From the human T2T-CHM13v2.0 reference genome, Homo sapiens: a stretch of 64,000 nucleotides of DNA. A program made the translations under genes and the position numbers. The stretch's first letter is position 1. The number at the start of each line of letters is the position of its first letter. This document shows, piece after piece, positions 15,901 through 35,087 of the stretch. Location of the stretch: the NCBI RefSeq assembly GCF_009914755.1, contig NC_060933.1. The stretch is one strand, 5' to 3'. Below the pieces are notes generated by a model. It was not told the DNA's origin and ran no database searches. It saw nothing but the letters and a program-made list of their open reading frames with translations.

Positions 15901-16288
15901 AGGAAAGAATGTTTGAAAGATTGGCCTCTGTTTTAGCCACCAGCCCTGTCACATTCAGGAGGGGATAGTCCAGACCTCAGTGGGAGGGAACTGCCATATT
16001 ATCATCATTAGTGGGGAAGACAAGTAAATTTCTAGGCCACAGGCTTGTGTTCCCTTCTAGCAAGTATTTCAGTGGTATCTTATAACTTCATAGCAATCTA
16101 AGAATAGCATACTAAAAGAGCTAAACTGAGTTTCTCAATTATTCAGCAATAATGATAAACCCCCTAATGGTTTTTCCCAACATTTTATTATGAAAATGTC
16201 CAAACAGCAAAGTTAAAAGAACTTTACAGTGAACACTGTTTACCAAGGTTTTACCATTAATATTTTACTTGTTTTATCCCTTAACTAA

Positions 16289-16609
<321 letters not shown>

Positions 16610-17654
16610 TAATCCATCTTAATTTTTGATGCATTTTAAATTGCTGACATCTGTACCCATCCTTCTAAAAGTCCTCACATGACTAGAGTTTAACATTTGT
16701 TTTTTTCTTTTGTTGTAAAATTTACATAGAATGAAGTACACAGATTAACTCTACATTACTTAAATTTATATAAATGTATACACCTGTGTAACCCAAACAT
16801 CTGTCAACATATAGAGTACTACCACCATCCCAGCAAGTTCTCTCCTGCCTCTTCCAGGTGAACCTCTGCCCCCATCCTCCCAGAGGGAAACACTGTTTGT
16901 TTGTTTGTTTGTTTCTGCTACAGATTTTCCTCTTCTAGAACTTCACGTAAGTGAAATTATCCATTATGTATTCCTCTTGATGATTTCTAAAAGAAATTCT
17001 TAAGAAATTAAAAGGGTTTCCGAAACAAGGAGAATAATTGATAAAGAAAATATCAGAGATCAGATTGATTACTTCATTAAATGTATTTATTATGAGAACC
17101 TCTAATCTGTGGATATAGAAATCTGAAAGACAGACCCTGCCCTCGAGGAGATCACATTGTCCTGGCAGATAAAGTACAAACATGCAGTTAGAGACAGGCA
17201 AGAAACAGTTATCACTTGGCACAGAAGGGGCCTAATCCAGCCTGGGAGGCGATGGAGAAATCAAGAGACATTTACATTTTCACTTTGGAACTTGTCTCGG
17301 GCAGCCAGTGCTCTTTATTTTCCATAAAAGTCTAGAACCTCTTAACTCAAAATGATTTGTCCTGAAATGGCAGTTTTACAACACTGAGTAGGTGTAACAC
17401 AAACTCGCTAAATAAAATAAATGAGGAAAAACTGTAAAAGGCACAAACTGAAATTATTGGGGATTCTGTTTTCCTCTAGTTCGAGTTGAAATAGACTCAA
17501 ATAGATGTGTTATTGCTCCCAAACACAAATAACATGCATTCCTGTTCTTGGATCACAAGTGGCAGAAGCTTTCAAGAGCTCTAGATAGCAACAGCAAAAC
17601 TTTAATCTTCTTGGACTTCCCTTTAACCTTCTCAAGGTATATAAAACTGTTGCT

Positions 17655-17790
17655 GGTTGGGCATGGTGGCTCATGCCTATAATCCCAGCACTTTGGGAGG
17701 CTGAGGCGGGAGGATCATTTGAGGCCAGGAGTTTGTGACCAGCCTAGGCCAACATAGCAAGACCTCATCTCTACCAAAAACCAAAACCAA
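17655..17790 (+). mobile_element. Alu left monomer (FLAM-like)
   Basis: Single Alu arm ending in an A-rich tail. Confidence 0.85.
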
Positions 17791-18592
17791 ATCAATTGTA
17801 TCTTCAAACTGAGGCCCTCATCTCCTAATTTTTTTTACTCTTTACTTCCATATTTTACACACAGATTACAAATGAAAGATCCTCAGTTTCCACCTGTACC
17901 CACTTTTTCCTACCTTGGTCCTTCTCAGAACTCTATCACTGTTATTTAATGAGGAGGTAAAGCCCGAGAAAACCTGGAAATTTGTTTAGCCACACTTTCC
18001 CCAGAAAACTGAGAGGGCTAAGGAAAATTCTGAAGCTTCTTTTGCCCAAGGAAACAAGAAAGCTACTTACTATAAACCACCCATTATAGATATGATGACC
18101 CTTGAAAGAGAAATAGTTTATTTTTCTTCGTATTGTCTGAAACAAGAGAGCATCTCAGTGTAACTAAATGCATTTTTTAGTGTACATCAGAAGGAAGTAA
18201 TTGCTTAATAAAGAGGGCCTGAACTGAGTTTGTTTTATTTCTGTTGATCATGAAAGGTAGAGCAGCTGTAGAGGTGAGCTGCCCTAAAACAATGTAAACA
18301 AGTCACTGCCTTAATGGTGCTTCTAACAGTAACAAAGCAGTGCTCCATGACAAACTATTCTAAAGAATACTTTCTTCTTGCTCTTCCTAGTCAATTTCAT
18401 TCAATTGAGCTCCACAATTCAGAAACAGTGCCAGGAGGGATAAGAAAAATGGAGTGCCTGTACCTCTGAATCCTGACTCATGCACAAGTGTTTTATCTCA
18501 AATTGGCTAGACATTTCTCAGAGTAAAGGATCGCTGGCAGTGTTTGGAAACTAAAGGAGAATAAAGAACAGTCTCATCAATCATGCAGCTAA

Positions 18593-19300
18593 TGTTGTGG
18601 ACTGAATTCATATATTGAAGCCCTAACTTCCAATGTGATAGTATTTGGAGGTGAGGGCTTTGGGTGGTAATTAGGGTTAGATGAGGTCATGAGAGAGGTG
18701 CCCATGATGGGATTAGTAATCTTATAAAGATAACTAATTTATAATTACTTATAAAGGGCTGAGATTAGAACTTTCTCTCCATTATGTGAGGGTATAGCAA
18801 GAGGACAGCCCTCTGCAAACCAGGGAGAGGGCCCTCACCAGGAACCAAATCTGCTGGCTCCTTGATCTTGGACTTCCCAACCTCCAGAACCATGAGAAAT
18901 AAATGTTGTTTAAGCCAGTGGTCCCCAACCTTTTTGGCACCAGGGACTGGTTTTATGGAAGACAATTTTTCCACAGATAGGTGGAGCGACACAATGGTTT
19001 GGGGATGAAACTGTTCCACCTCAGATCATCAGGCATTAGATTTTCATAAGGAGTGCACAATCTAGATCCCTTGCATTTGCAGTTCACAGTAGGGTTTGCA
19101 TTCCAATGAGAATCTAATGCTGCCACTGATCTGACAGGAGGCAGAGCTCAGGTAGTAATGCTCACTTACCCACTGCTCACCTCCTTCTGTGCAGCCTGGC
19201 TCCAAACAGATGGGTACCTGTCCGTGGCCCAGGCGTTGGGGAACCCTGATTTAAGTCATCCAGTCTATGGTACTTTGTTATGGCAGCCCAAGCTAAAACA
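18593..19300 (+). mobile_element. MLT1A-like LTR split by MER1B
   Basis: tgttgtggactgaat...tgtgatagtatttggaggt...ttagatgaggtcatgag...gacttcccaacctccagaaccatgagaaataaat, resuming ccagtctatggtactttgttatggcagccc. Confidence 0.85.
18916..19248. mobile_element. MER1B (hAT-Charlie MITE)
   Basis: TIRs cagtggtccccaacc / cgttggggaaccctg; degenerate 8-bp TSD gtttaagc / atttaagt; 333 bp long. Confidence 0.85.
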
Positions 19301-19462
19301 ATTCAGTACTTTGAGATCAATGTAAAAATTACCTTTTCCTTAAATGACCTCCATGACCCATTAACAAATGAAGGCTGACCTTCATTCGGTCATTTCATAG
19401 GATATTCCAGAATGCTGTGATACTGAATATCCATGTGTCCCATCATTCTTGATTCTTGGTTG

Positions 19463-19961
<499 letters not shown>

Positions 19962-19967
19962 TCACAA

Positions 19968-21525
19968 CAGAGATTTCTGCCTCTCAGCATGGGTGCAACT
20001 TTCATCCCACTCAGGATAATAGTGAGAGCTGAGGTACTGAACATTGCTAAAAAACTATGTGAGGGTAAAACAAAAGAGGTCTATGAATTGCTTGTTAGAT
20101 AGGCCAGGAAAAGTCCTGCAATCTAAGGACCAGATTACAGCAGGAAATGCAGTCAGAATCACCTGGAAGGAAAAGCTGCAATCTCAAATAAAATTACCAG
20201 TTGCATTTTTCTGTTGTTACAGGAAGCAGGTATTAAAACTGCTTTCACCAGAAAATGTGAGGAGACAGCTTTCATTGTGCCCCAGTGTGAAATAATTCCA
20301 ACTGAATGGTTTGCAGAAGAATACCAACTGGTTCTTCACTCGAAAGAAATCCTGGTGTCAAGGAAGGATGTGAGTTTTGCCCACCTAAAGTGGAGATGTT
20401 TTTCAAGGATGATGCCAATCATGACCCACAGTGGTCTAGGCAACAGCTAATTGCAGCAAAATTTGGCTTTGCTGCACTTGGTATAAAACTGAAGTGGATA
20501 TCATGAGTCATGCCACATAGGCTGTTTTTGAAATCCCGGAGAAATCCCGGTTGCTCCCAGAACTGTACACCGGTTGATATGAAGATTGAATTTGGTGTTC
20601 ATGTGACCAGCAAAGAAATTCTCACTGATGTTATTGATAATGACTCCTAGAGACACTCACCATCGGGGGAGCAAAGCCAATAGAAAGACAGTCTTTTAAT
20701 CATACTTTTAAAAATGTTATTTTAAAAAAATAGAGCCAGTCTTGCCATGTTGCCCAGACTCAAGCAATCCTCCTGCCTTAGCCTCCCAAAGTGCTGGGAT
20801 TACAGGCGTGAGCCACCACTCCTGGCTGAAACAGTCTTATCAAGGCTTCAGTGTAACTCCTGAAGGGTTCCAAATGGTAAGGAAAAACTTTGCGTGGGTT
20901 GTAGAGAGTAGAGTTGCTTTTGAAATCAGAAAGTCAGTGCAGTGTTATAGTATTGATGGGTTCTACTTCTGATCTTAATCACCGTGAAAAAAATCAAGGC
21001 CTGTGGAAATTTTGGCATTCCATGTAGACTTTGAGTAACATCTGCACATAAAGGACCAGAAGAAATGCTGAGGATTAAAGCTGAGTATGAAGGGGTGGCA
21101 GTCGTACTGTATTTGTGGCAGTGGCAGGCAGAAGCAATGGTTTGGGATCAGTGATGTTTGGGAACACTACACATCCAGTTATCTATTGTCCTCCCCTCAC
21201 ACCAGACTGAGGAGTTCAGGATGTGTGGTCTTCTCTGCGACTACTCAGTGGTCTCGGCTATTCAACCATACTTTCTCCAGAAGGATCAGCTCAGTTTGCT
21301 ACTCAGATATTTGGATTAAACAACCATTTATTATGGGGCAAACTGCAAGCAAGCACTTTGAACACATGGATTTTTTGGAAGAAAGGTGACAAGAAAATCA
21401 GAGAAAACATCATTGCATTTTTAGGGGGAAAACTACAAATTTCTAATTTAGCTGCAGAAAAAATAATTAGAGAACACAAATAAAATGTACTAGTGAATAC
21501 ATGCTTCTCTAGACCCAAACAAAAA
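19968..21525 (+). pseudogene. PAICSP1: PAICS processed pseudogene (full length, many frameshifts and stops)
   Basis: Intronless fragments across all of PAICS: [81 protein letters not shown]...[15 protein letters not shown]. Start ATG changed to ATA at 20019; AATAAA near 21479. Pseudogene symbol is from memory. Confidence 0.92.
20696..20828 (-). mobile_element. Antisense Alu monomer inserted in the PAICS pseudogene
   Basis: Flanked by TSD ACAGTCTT (20688-20695 and 20831-20838); the PAICS K-Q-S-Y frame resumes afterwards. Confidence 0.85.
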
Positions 21526-21947
21526 CTATTTGCAACGTAATTAAAACAGGTTAAGTGCTGTGAAAAATAGAAACATGGTGACATAGAAGAGCCTGACGGG
21601 GGAACCTAACCGAGTCCTGAGAGTGTAAGCCAGCTTCCCCAAGGAAGTGACACTTCAACCGAGATCTGAAGGACAGCAGTCTATAAATGAAGTAGAGAAA
21701 GGCAGTGCTGAGGGCAGAGGGCACCTGCATGGGCAGAGGCTGGGAGCAAGATGAGTACAGCGTGCCCCAAGTAATCAGGAAGTGCCAGTGGCTGGAGTGC
21801 AGAGACAGCAGCGCAGTTTTAGCTAGAGATGAGAGTAAGGGAGGCAAGGGCTGGATCATCCTGTCTCCTGTAGGCCACAGCAAGATGTTTGGTCTTTATG
21901 GCAGAGGAAAAGCATTTATTGAAGTGACATTTTAAAAAATTACTGAT

Positions 21948-22233
<286 letters not shown>

Positions 22234-22379
22234 ATTATTGACAATATGAAGAATAGATTGAAGGGAGATAGGAACTGAGATAAATCCTATTTTACCTTCG
22301 ATTTCTACTTTAAAATCACATATACTCATTTGGACAAAAAATTTCCTAGTTGGGAACGTCAGATAAATAGATTTAAGGC

Positions 22380-22689
<310 letters not shown>

Positions 22690-23282
22690 GATTTAAGATG
22701 GGAACCAGTCTCTTGGGGATTGGGAGTGCTCTGTAGCTATGCAGAGATCCCCCAGGGCTGTTCCTGGTCACACCTACTCCTCACTCTGGAGGTCTAGAAC
22801 TCTACAGTGGCTGCTATGGGTGGGTTAAAAGATTTCATCAGATGATGATTAAACACCCTTTTTATCAAATCTAAATGTACAAGTTCAGGATATTACACTT
22901 ATTCTTTATGATGGATTTCAATCCAAAACAGGACTTTTAGAAGCAACTGCTCCTTTACCTTGCTGTCCTTATCAGGCAACCTCAATGATCTCTAAAGCCA
23001 GGAAACAACCTAAAACTTAACATGCAAATTCACAATGTGGCTAAAACTTCACACTCTCCTAACCAATGAGCTACAACAGAAAGGAGCAGCTCTGAAGGCA
23101 AAAGTAGATATAAAAAAAAAAAAAAAATGAAAAGCACAAACATCCAGACCATGTAACTTGGGAGTAAACATTGCATGAGGCTACTCTATTACAACAGAAA
23201 GTACTGATAAGCTAAACCAAGAAAGTTTAAACTCAGTAGAGAAGTGTATTAAATATGAGGAAGACCTTTAAGAAATAAAATG

Positions 23283-23563
23283 TGGCCAGGCACAGTAGCT
23301 CACGCCTGTAATCCCAGACTTTTGGGAGGCCAAGGTGGGCAGATTGCTCGAGCCCAGGAGTTCAAGACCAGCCTGGGCAACATGATGAAAATCTCTACAA
23401 AAATTAGCTGGGCTTGGTGGCACGTACCTGTAGTCCCAGCTACTCAGGAGGCTGAGGCGGAAGGATCGCTTGAGCCCAGGAAGTCAAGGCTATAGTGAGC
23501 CATGATCATGCCACTACACTCCAGCCCAGGCAATAGAAACCCTGTCAAACAAACAAACAAAAA
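23283..23563 (+). mobile_element. AluJ-like
   Basis: Alu dimer. Confidence 0.93.
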
Positions 23564-24724
23564 GCTTTGCAGTTAAACTACCTGGAAAATAAAACTTATA
23601 TGAAACCCCTCTTGACGAAATAAGATGGATAGACAAAGGAATGTTTTACCTGCAACATCCCCAGGTTAAGTTGCTAAAAGTCAAGGTAGTGTGCTAAATG
23701 TTTTCTGAATAAAAAGACTAACAGATCAATCTATCACTACCACAAAAAAGGAACGTGCCAGTAACAAGCAACTACTCAAGCATAAGAGAAGACCAAAAAG
23801 AGTGGGCTTAAAAAACAAACTTTATTCCAAATTATCAAAAAAAAAGTGTTAACTCTGAAACATTTAACAGATTTCATTTAAACTCATAGGGTCATAAAAC
23901 TCAAACTATCAAACAAAAATAGCATTGTGCACTTAACCACTTTCAATAATGAACCTTCAAGAGGAAACATTTAGAGACTCCCACACAATTTGGGAGCCAA
24001 TAGGCAACACATATTTAATATTAAGCAAAGACAGCATTAAAAACTAAAAATCCTCAAATTTCAAGAGAATACCTGTTCAAGTCTTTGATATACATTTGCA
24101 CATGAGAAAAGAAATATTTTAATTTAAAAGAGACCAAGTCTGAGTGCTTATCCTTTCTTCAAATGTAATCTCCTGTCCACCCTTCATTTTATGACTGCAT
24201 ACGCCTCACTCTACTTCATCTACACTGAACCAGTGTTCGTTCAACATGATTGGCTTCACTCGAAGCCCTCTAGATCCCATTTCATATATCCCATCGACCA
24301 CCATTATTCCCTTACATGTTTGCACAGCCTTATACTGAGCATTACATTGTAACCAAGCTTGGGAATTTCAGGTATCCAAAGGTAATTATATACACAAACG
24401 CTTCTGTTTTATTGCACAGTTCACAATATAGCTGGTGATTACACAACCAACCATGTTAAGATGAATATCGACTATTTAGACAAATACATCGATTTTGTCC
24501 CCAACCACAAATGAAACAAGAAAGACACACATATTCGCCACCATATCAAGGTTGTGTTTACTCTGTGGTGCAGTCCTGAGGGCTCATACCACTCTCAGTG
24601 TGTTCAATACGGAATCCATAACATTTCTGGTGGCATCACACATGAAGTATAGGACACAAGACCATAAGTGTCCTGCGCTCATGAGCCATTTGTGCCACAG
24701 ACGTAACAGAAAGGCCACTTTTAA

Positions 24725-25079
<355 letters not shown>

Positions 25080-27403
25080 TAGTTCACACTGAAGGTAAAA
25101 GCAATAGTTAGAATCTCTTATTAACAACACATTTTGACTTCAAGTTCAGACAAAGCTGTTGGTTACAAGTTCTGCTAAATTTTTTGTCAAATTTAAGAAG
25201 TCTATAGGACAACACAAAACCATCCCTGGTAATGTATTTGCAGTTTGGTCTTCAAAAGCTGTAAAGAGTGACAAAGAAATAAAAAAAAATACTGAGTTAA
25301 AACCATTAAAAATATTTATTAATAATTGTTTTTAAATGCCACTTATTTGAGACAGCAGAAACCAAAGCATTTTCTTTAGAATTCTCACTTAGCTTGTATT
25401 TCACAAAAGTGCTTTAGAACTCAGATTTCTACCACCTGTGTGGAGTGTAAAGACAAAAGGAAGCCCAACAAAACCAAAGGCCCAATGGTGTCTATTCCCA
25501 GGGCCAAGGTATAACCCCAGGCTAACCCACCTGCCCTGGGCTGAGTAGCTGCACACACCTGTGAGTGCTCAAAGTCACACGCATGATTGAGGGGGTCAGG
25601 CACCAAGGTGCCTTTATTTATTCATTTCTCAAACTCAATTCCCTTCAAATCCTGACTCGATTTAATAGGCCAATGGATGCTACTCATATTTATTTGGTGC
25701 CAAATTATTATTTTTTTAAATCCTTACATCTGCACCTTGAAAGCAAACTGCAATATCCAGCACAACATTGTCAGAGCTGCTGTATGGCTATTTAGCTTTA
25801 TTACTGCCTGGCTAATGCTTAATACGCTTCATCCTTTACAGCTGGAAGAAGGATGGTCACTGTATTTAACCAGCCATAGTGCATTTAGAGGTCAACAGCT
25901 TTTATGGACTATTTGTCCAAGAACTTTCAGTAAACTACCAAGTTGAGGCCTTTATTTTGGTCAGTATGTATAAATATTCATATGCAATTATCCAGAAAGA
26001 AGAAAAACTGGTTAACAAGAAACCTACTGTCATGTCAGATGCTGGAAATCAATCTTTAGCTACATAATATTTACAGAAAGGGTTTTAAGATGCATAATCC
26101 ACTTTTTCAGTCTGTCTCTTGTATTTCATTAGTCAATTGGAAGTGGCACAAGTTTCATCTGGAAAAAATATTTTCACCTTTTCTAATTCTTTTGACAAAT
26201 AAGTTTTTGTCTGTTAAGGGATGAGAATGCTATTTGGCTATTACCTACTTTTAGAATTCAAACTAACCCTTCAAATGTCTTTATTTAGATCATATGCTCT
26301 CAAACTATCTTATTGTTTTACTGACACAATGGTAAAACTGGGTTCCCAAAATGTCAAAACCCTAATGGAGTCTCTATTTCCAAGAGTAAAATAAAAGACA
26401 GCTAACACTGTGAGGTGAAAACTATCCTGAGCCTTTTTTCCCCTCTCTTTAACATTTAGAAACTAGGGGGAAAAAAGTGGGATTGCATTAATAGACTTCC
26501 AAAACAAAATGTTATGGAAGTGTTTATTTTTTAAAAGGAGAGTTTTAAGAGAACAGGATGCTTGAATATGACCAACTCCCACTCAAGGGGAAAAATAACC
26601 ACAGGCCTTTGCTGAGATGGCACCAGTAATTCAAAGAAACCAAGCTAACCAGAATTTGATCCACACACAAAATGAAAACTTGTTAACAGGATGGAACAAC
26701 TATAACAAGATTCAAGTCCCTTCATCTTTTGGCAATGAAATAAGTGAAATTATAACACAAGGACATTTTGGAAGGGTTGAAGATCACAGTCAGAATCAAA
26801 CAGAAAACTTTCAAACCTAGAAAGCAAAACGGGAACTTTCATAGCTCCTTGATCTACCATATCTAAATAGAAATAGTATAATGCCTATCCAATAGGTGCT
26901 TAGTTTCAAAACTAATACAAGCAATTTATCATGAAAAGCCTATACCTAATAAGCTGTTTTTCTTTTCTGTTCTGCCCCTTTGTCATATGCTTGAGCTTAA
27001 TGAAGACTGTCCTCTGCAGCTGCTCCTGAGGGCAGAGAAGCAAGCAATGGAGTAACAAAGGAAGCCTGAGGAGCCCCTGGCCCCTGAGGACCTTCTCCTC
27101 TGGCCGGTCACAGCCACTTATGTTTCAATGCAGGCGATTTCAAGATTGGTTTAAGAAAAAGAATCCTATCTTGGGGATTAGGTTCCCTGTCAAAGGCCAT
27201 CAGATGGACAGCTATTTACCAGGCAATTAGCCTAAAGCTCTTAGGTAATGATAAAAAAAAAAAAAAAAAAAAAAAAAACCTTGTATTTTCCTATTGGAAC
27301 CTTTTATCCTATTTTGTTGATGCTTAAGGAAAAAAGCTTTGCCCATAACTCACTGTGGCCTGGAGTTACGACACCAACTTATATTTGGCCAATTAAGAAA
27401 GAG

Positions 27404-29496
<2,093 letters not shown>

Positions 29497-29566
29497 AAAG
29501 AGGCCAAACTGCATTCTTCTTAGAAGGTCTATTCAGTTGATAAATGGCACTTAACTGATGGTTTTT

Positions 29567-30460
29567 TCATATAACCTTTAACAAGAACTCATAAGTTGCA
29601 TTGATTATGCCCCAAGAGATGAGGGACCGATGGTAATTCAGATGGGCACCTCTGAAAAGATTTATCAGTTTTCTGTCCCGTTCCAGCCAGATTTTTTGGA
29701 AAACCTTGGGGAAAGACTGAAATTCCCCACCAATCTGAGACTGTATGCGAGTTTTTACAACATTAATTGGAAAAAACAAGAATCCCAACATGGCACCCAA
29801 TAGACCTCCACAGATAAAATCATTGACCAGATGAGCACTGTGAGTCGTTGCGGTAGGCAGATGCTCCTTAATGGGACCTCGAAGGCCGAAAAACAAGACA
29901 TTGCTGAGTCCATTCCGGAAAAGAATGGGCACCAAGCCTCGATAATACTCTCCAATTCCATGACATTTCAGTGCCTTGAAAGCCTGGTAAGTGTTGGTAA
30001 ATTTGTCATGATGCTTGTGGTCTTGAAGCAATGTCTGAACTCTTTCCAGTGGAGTGAAAATTGCTTCTGTTGTCCCTGCAAGCACTGCCGCCACGCCACT
30101 GGTTGCAAACTCTGGAGCACTGACATGCTTGTGGAGAAGGCAGGATAAATCCTCATACAGACCAAACATAAGTGCAAGCGTAGTTGTCTTCTGCATCAAT
30201 GGGGGAAGGATTCCACGATACAAATTTCGAAATCCATCCCTTCTCAACTGAAGTATTGCATCCCGGGTTTTGATGCCATACAGCTGTTGTCGAAAGAGGA
30301 CCTTCTGAATGGGAAATGTGATTGCGACATTGTTGAAGGCTGCACAGCAGCCACACAAGTAATGCTTCATCTCACCAACATTTGTAATATGAGGTGATAT
30401 ATCTTGTTTTGAAGATGTTAGTATTGGTGGCCTCTTTTCATGAGCTTCTGAATCCATCAT
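29567..30460 (-). CDS. SLC25A51: SLC25A51 (MCART1) mitochondrial NAD+ carrier, 297 aa, single coding exon
   Basis: Intact ORF with three mitochondrial-carrier PX[D/E]XX[K/R]-type signatures ([24 protein letters not shown]). Splice acceptor ttatttgtag|G at 30503/30502, 42 nt upstream of the ATG, plus upstream exons; this marks the parent gene rather than the SLC25A52 retrogene. Confidence 0.97.
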
Positions 30461-32011
30461 GCTGCTTAAGATCTTTCTTTTTCATGAAGGACTTTTTTTA
30501 ACCTACAAATAATAAATGACAACGGGTAAACCCGTTTTATAGAGAGCTAAACACATGGGCTTTCTCCCTAATCCATCCTCTAATATCTGGACACCACACT
30601 TTCCTTTTCAGACTAGATCAGTGATTCTTAAAGCATTTTCAGAAGACCCCTGGAAGTCCCTGAGATCCTTTTGGGAGTCCAGGAGATTTTCCTTTTTCAA
30701 ACTACATATCTATGTGAGGCTTGATTTTTTGCATATACTTTAATCAAAATGACTTATCACAACAGACTGAATGCAGCAAACAGGAAACTCCATCTTAAGT
30801 CAGACATGCAAAAGGCTTAGAAAACTGTAAAATATTTTCTAATGACTGTAAAATCATTAGAAAAAAATGGGAGGCATGAATGTTATTTTTCATGAAAATG
30901 TGTTAACATGTAATGTGTTTATCATTACCTTAAAATTCATATTTTAATTTTAAATTCCTAAAGACCCTGAATATCAGTCCACATAAACAAAGGGTGTTTG
31001 GGGCCCACAATCATTTTTAAGACTGTAAAGGAGTCCTAACACCAAAAACTTTCAGAGCCACTAGACTAGTTCGTAATTACTGACTACACTATATACGGTA
31101 TCTATCTATTGTCCTGCTGAAATAGGCCCACATTCCTCCCCTGAGAAATAAAACAGCAAGACATGCACTCATTCTATTCATATTTATACTTCTTTGGTAC
31201 CTACTATGAACTAGGTCCTCTGCTAAGTTGCTAGAGATTCAAAGATAAGGAATTCACAAACTAATAGAATGTGCCAAGGTGAACAATTACACCAATGTGA
31301 CAGCTTCTATGATAACCAACCATTGTGGGAACACAGGTAAGGGACACTGAACATGCACCTTGGAAGGTGGAGGTGTGGGATGATGGGGGCAAGGAAGGCC
31401 TACAGGTATGTACCATGCACTCTATTTTCATGTATGAATTCTCAAAACAACTCCACAATTATTTTTCCAGTTTTACAAATGAATAAAACCAGTATTCTCT
31501 TTTGTTCTGTTCAGGGCACAGCTAGTAACTGGTGGGGTCAGCATTCTGAAATGAAGTCTGAGTGATTCCAGGGCTCATATCCCTGCTACCATATCACAGA
31601 TGGCAATGACTTTGTGAGGCTGCCCTGGGATAAGAGGTGGCTATACTAGATACTGCTGAAAATGATTGGAACTAAGCCAAAGTTCCACCCCTATAATACA
31701 CCTCCTTCTGTAAAATGCATGATCTTTCCTTGCCAGTCATCTAAATCTGATTCCTTCTCCCTGAAAAAATCCAGATCCAAATAGCTGGGTCATACAGAAT
31801 AATTCCCACCTTCCAGTTCTGGTCTTGGAAATCACCTTTATTTGGGGGATAACATGATAACTGTATATTGTATCTTAGATATAATAGAAATATATAGAAA
31901 CTTCTATATATTAGAAATATATATAAATATATACACACATATGTGTATGTGTGTGTGTATATGAGGCTAAATATTTTTTAATTGGATTTTAATTCCTTAA
32001 CAGTAAGATAC

Positions 32012-32617
<606 letters not shown>

Positions 32618-33113
32618 GAACATACGATCCAACAATCCTACTTCTGGGGATATAACCAAAACAATTGAAAGCGCAGTCTCAAAGACCTTGTACACCCACG
32701 TTCACAGAAGTACTATTCACAACAGCCAAGAGGTGGAAACAATCCAAACCATATTTAAGAGTTTCAATGGGAAATAATAAAAACAACAAAAAACCGTCTA
32801 GGTCTTTCACTTGGAACAAAAAATTGCCAAGTTCCTTAAGTTTTTTTTCCCTCCTCATACTACACACATGCTGTGGTGAACTGCTCAACACTCAGGACAA
32901 AAGATGTTAAAGAGAACCATGATCACTCTCAAAGTAGAAAGCGTAGAGCTGAGGCACAGAAAGAATCAGATAGCATTAGTTCCTAAGGGGCGTATATCTG
33001 CCAGAGCCACCAATGTGTAATGAATATGGAACACACACACAACCATAATTTTCCTTCTAAGACTACAGATTAAGAAAATAATTCACACAACATGTACACA
33101 AAGATTCAGCCAT

Positions 33114-33822
33114 CGCCCGGCCAGCCGCCCCGTCCAGGAGGGAGGTGGGGGGCAGCCCCCACCCGGCCAGCCGCCCCGTCCGGGAGGTGGGAGGCGCCTC
33201 TGCCCGGCAGCCCCTTCTGGGAAGTGAGGAGCCCCTCTGCCCGGCCGCCACCCTGTCTGGGAGGTGTACCCAACAGCTCATTGAGAACGGGCCATGATGA
33301 CGATGGCGGTTTTGTCGAATAGAAAAGGGGGAAATGTGGGGAAAAGACAGAGAAATCAGATTGTTGCTGTGTCTGTGTAGAAAGAAGTAGACATAGGAGA
33401 CTCCATTTTGTTCTGTACTAAGAAAAATTCTTCTGCCTTGGGATGCTGTTGATCTATGACCTTACCCCCAACCCTGTGCTCTCTGAAACATGTGCTGTGT
33501 CCACTCAGGGTTAAATGGATTAAGGGCGGTGCAAGATGTGCTTTGTTAAACAGATGCTTGAAGGCAGCATGCTCGTTAAGAGTCATCACCACTCCCTAAT
33601 CGCAAGTTCCCAGCGACACAAACACTGCGGAAGGCCGCAGGGTCCTCTGCCTAGGAAAACCAGAGACCTTTGTTCACTTGTTTGTCTGCTGACCTTCCCT
33701 CCACTATTGTCCTATGACCCTGCCAAATCCCCCTCTGCGAGAAACACCCAAGAATGATAAAAAAAAAAAAAAAAATTTTATATATATATATATACACACA
33801 ACTACTTTAAAAAAAAAAAAAA
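33114..33822 (+). mobile_element. 5'-truncated SVA (VNTR end + SINE-R) with a short 3' transduction
   Basis: VNTR units gccagccgccccgtccgggaggg; SINE-R gtacccaacagctcattgagaacgggccatgatgacgatggcgg...gagaaacacccaagaatga; two polyA tracts; TSD AAAGATTCAGCCAT at 33100-33113 and 33823-33836. Confidence 0.96.
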
Positions 33823-33962
33823 AAAGATTCAGCCATAAGATAGTCACAGCCAGGCTTTTAACAGCAAATAATGAATACAAATGCTCAATAGTAAAAGACA
33901 CAATGTGTAAGTGAAGATGTATCCACAGGATGAGACATAAAGTTATTAAAAATAAAGAAGTG

Positions 33963-34183
33963 TTTAAGGTTCAGTGTAGGATTAATTTTGAATTTTTAAT
34001 GGTATTTAGACGCAAAGTAAAAATTAAATAGCATACGTATGTCAGGTACCTATGTCAGGGGAGATAAGACAGGCAAATAATTAGACAACAGGGAGATAAA
34101 TGAAATCATGGAAGGTATCAAGGCCCCATACAGCAGGAGGTCATTAATCAGCTGTCTGGAGAGAATGACAGGCAGGACATGAC
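33963..34183. repeat. Copy 1 of a diverged ~220-bp local direct duplication
   Basis: Colinear with 38719-38942. Confidence 0.9.
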
Positions 34184-34479
34184 CCGTGGGCTCGGCTCTG
34201 AAAGCTGAATAACTGTCACTATGCACATAAGGGTGAAGCACATTTTAGCCAATGGAGCAGCAGAGGCTAAGGCACAGGTGTTGGGCTAAAGGAGCAGCGG
34301 CATCGCGTTCTTGGAGGTTACTTGTGTATGCCCTGCAGGGGCACAACGTAGGTAGAGAAGGATGGGTAGCTGATGAGGACAGAGAAGCCGGTTAGGACCC
34401 TCAGGAAAATCCCAAGACCCTCTGAACAATACTACATTATATATATACAATATATACAATACTACATTATATATATATA

Positions 34480-35087
<608 letters not shown>

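Noticed and set aside
27280-27400. Possible LTR U5 upstream of the PBS-like motif
   Set aside because: It lies outside the retrocopy TSD and rejoins the SLC25A51 UTR hairpin, so it is better explained as host 3'UTR.
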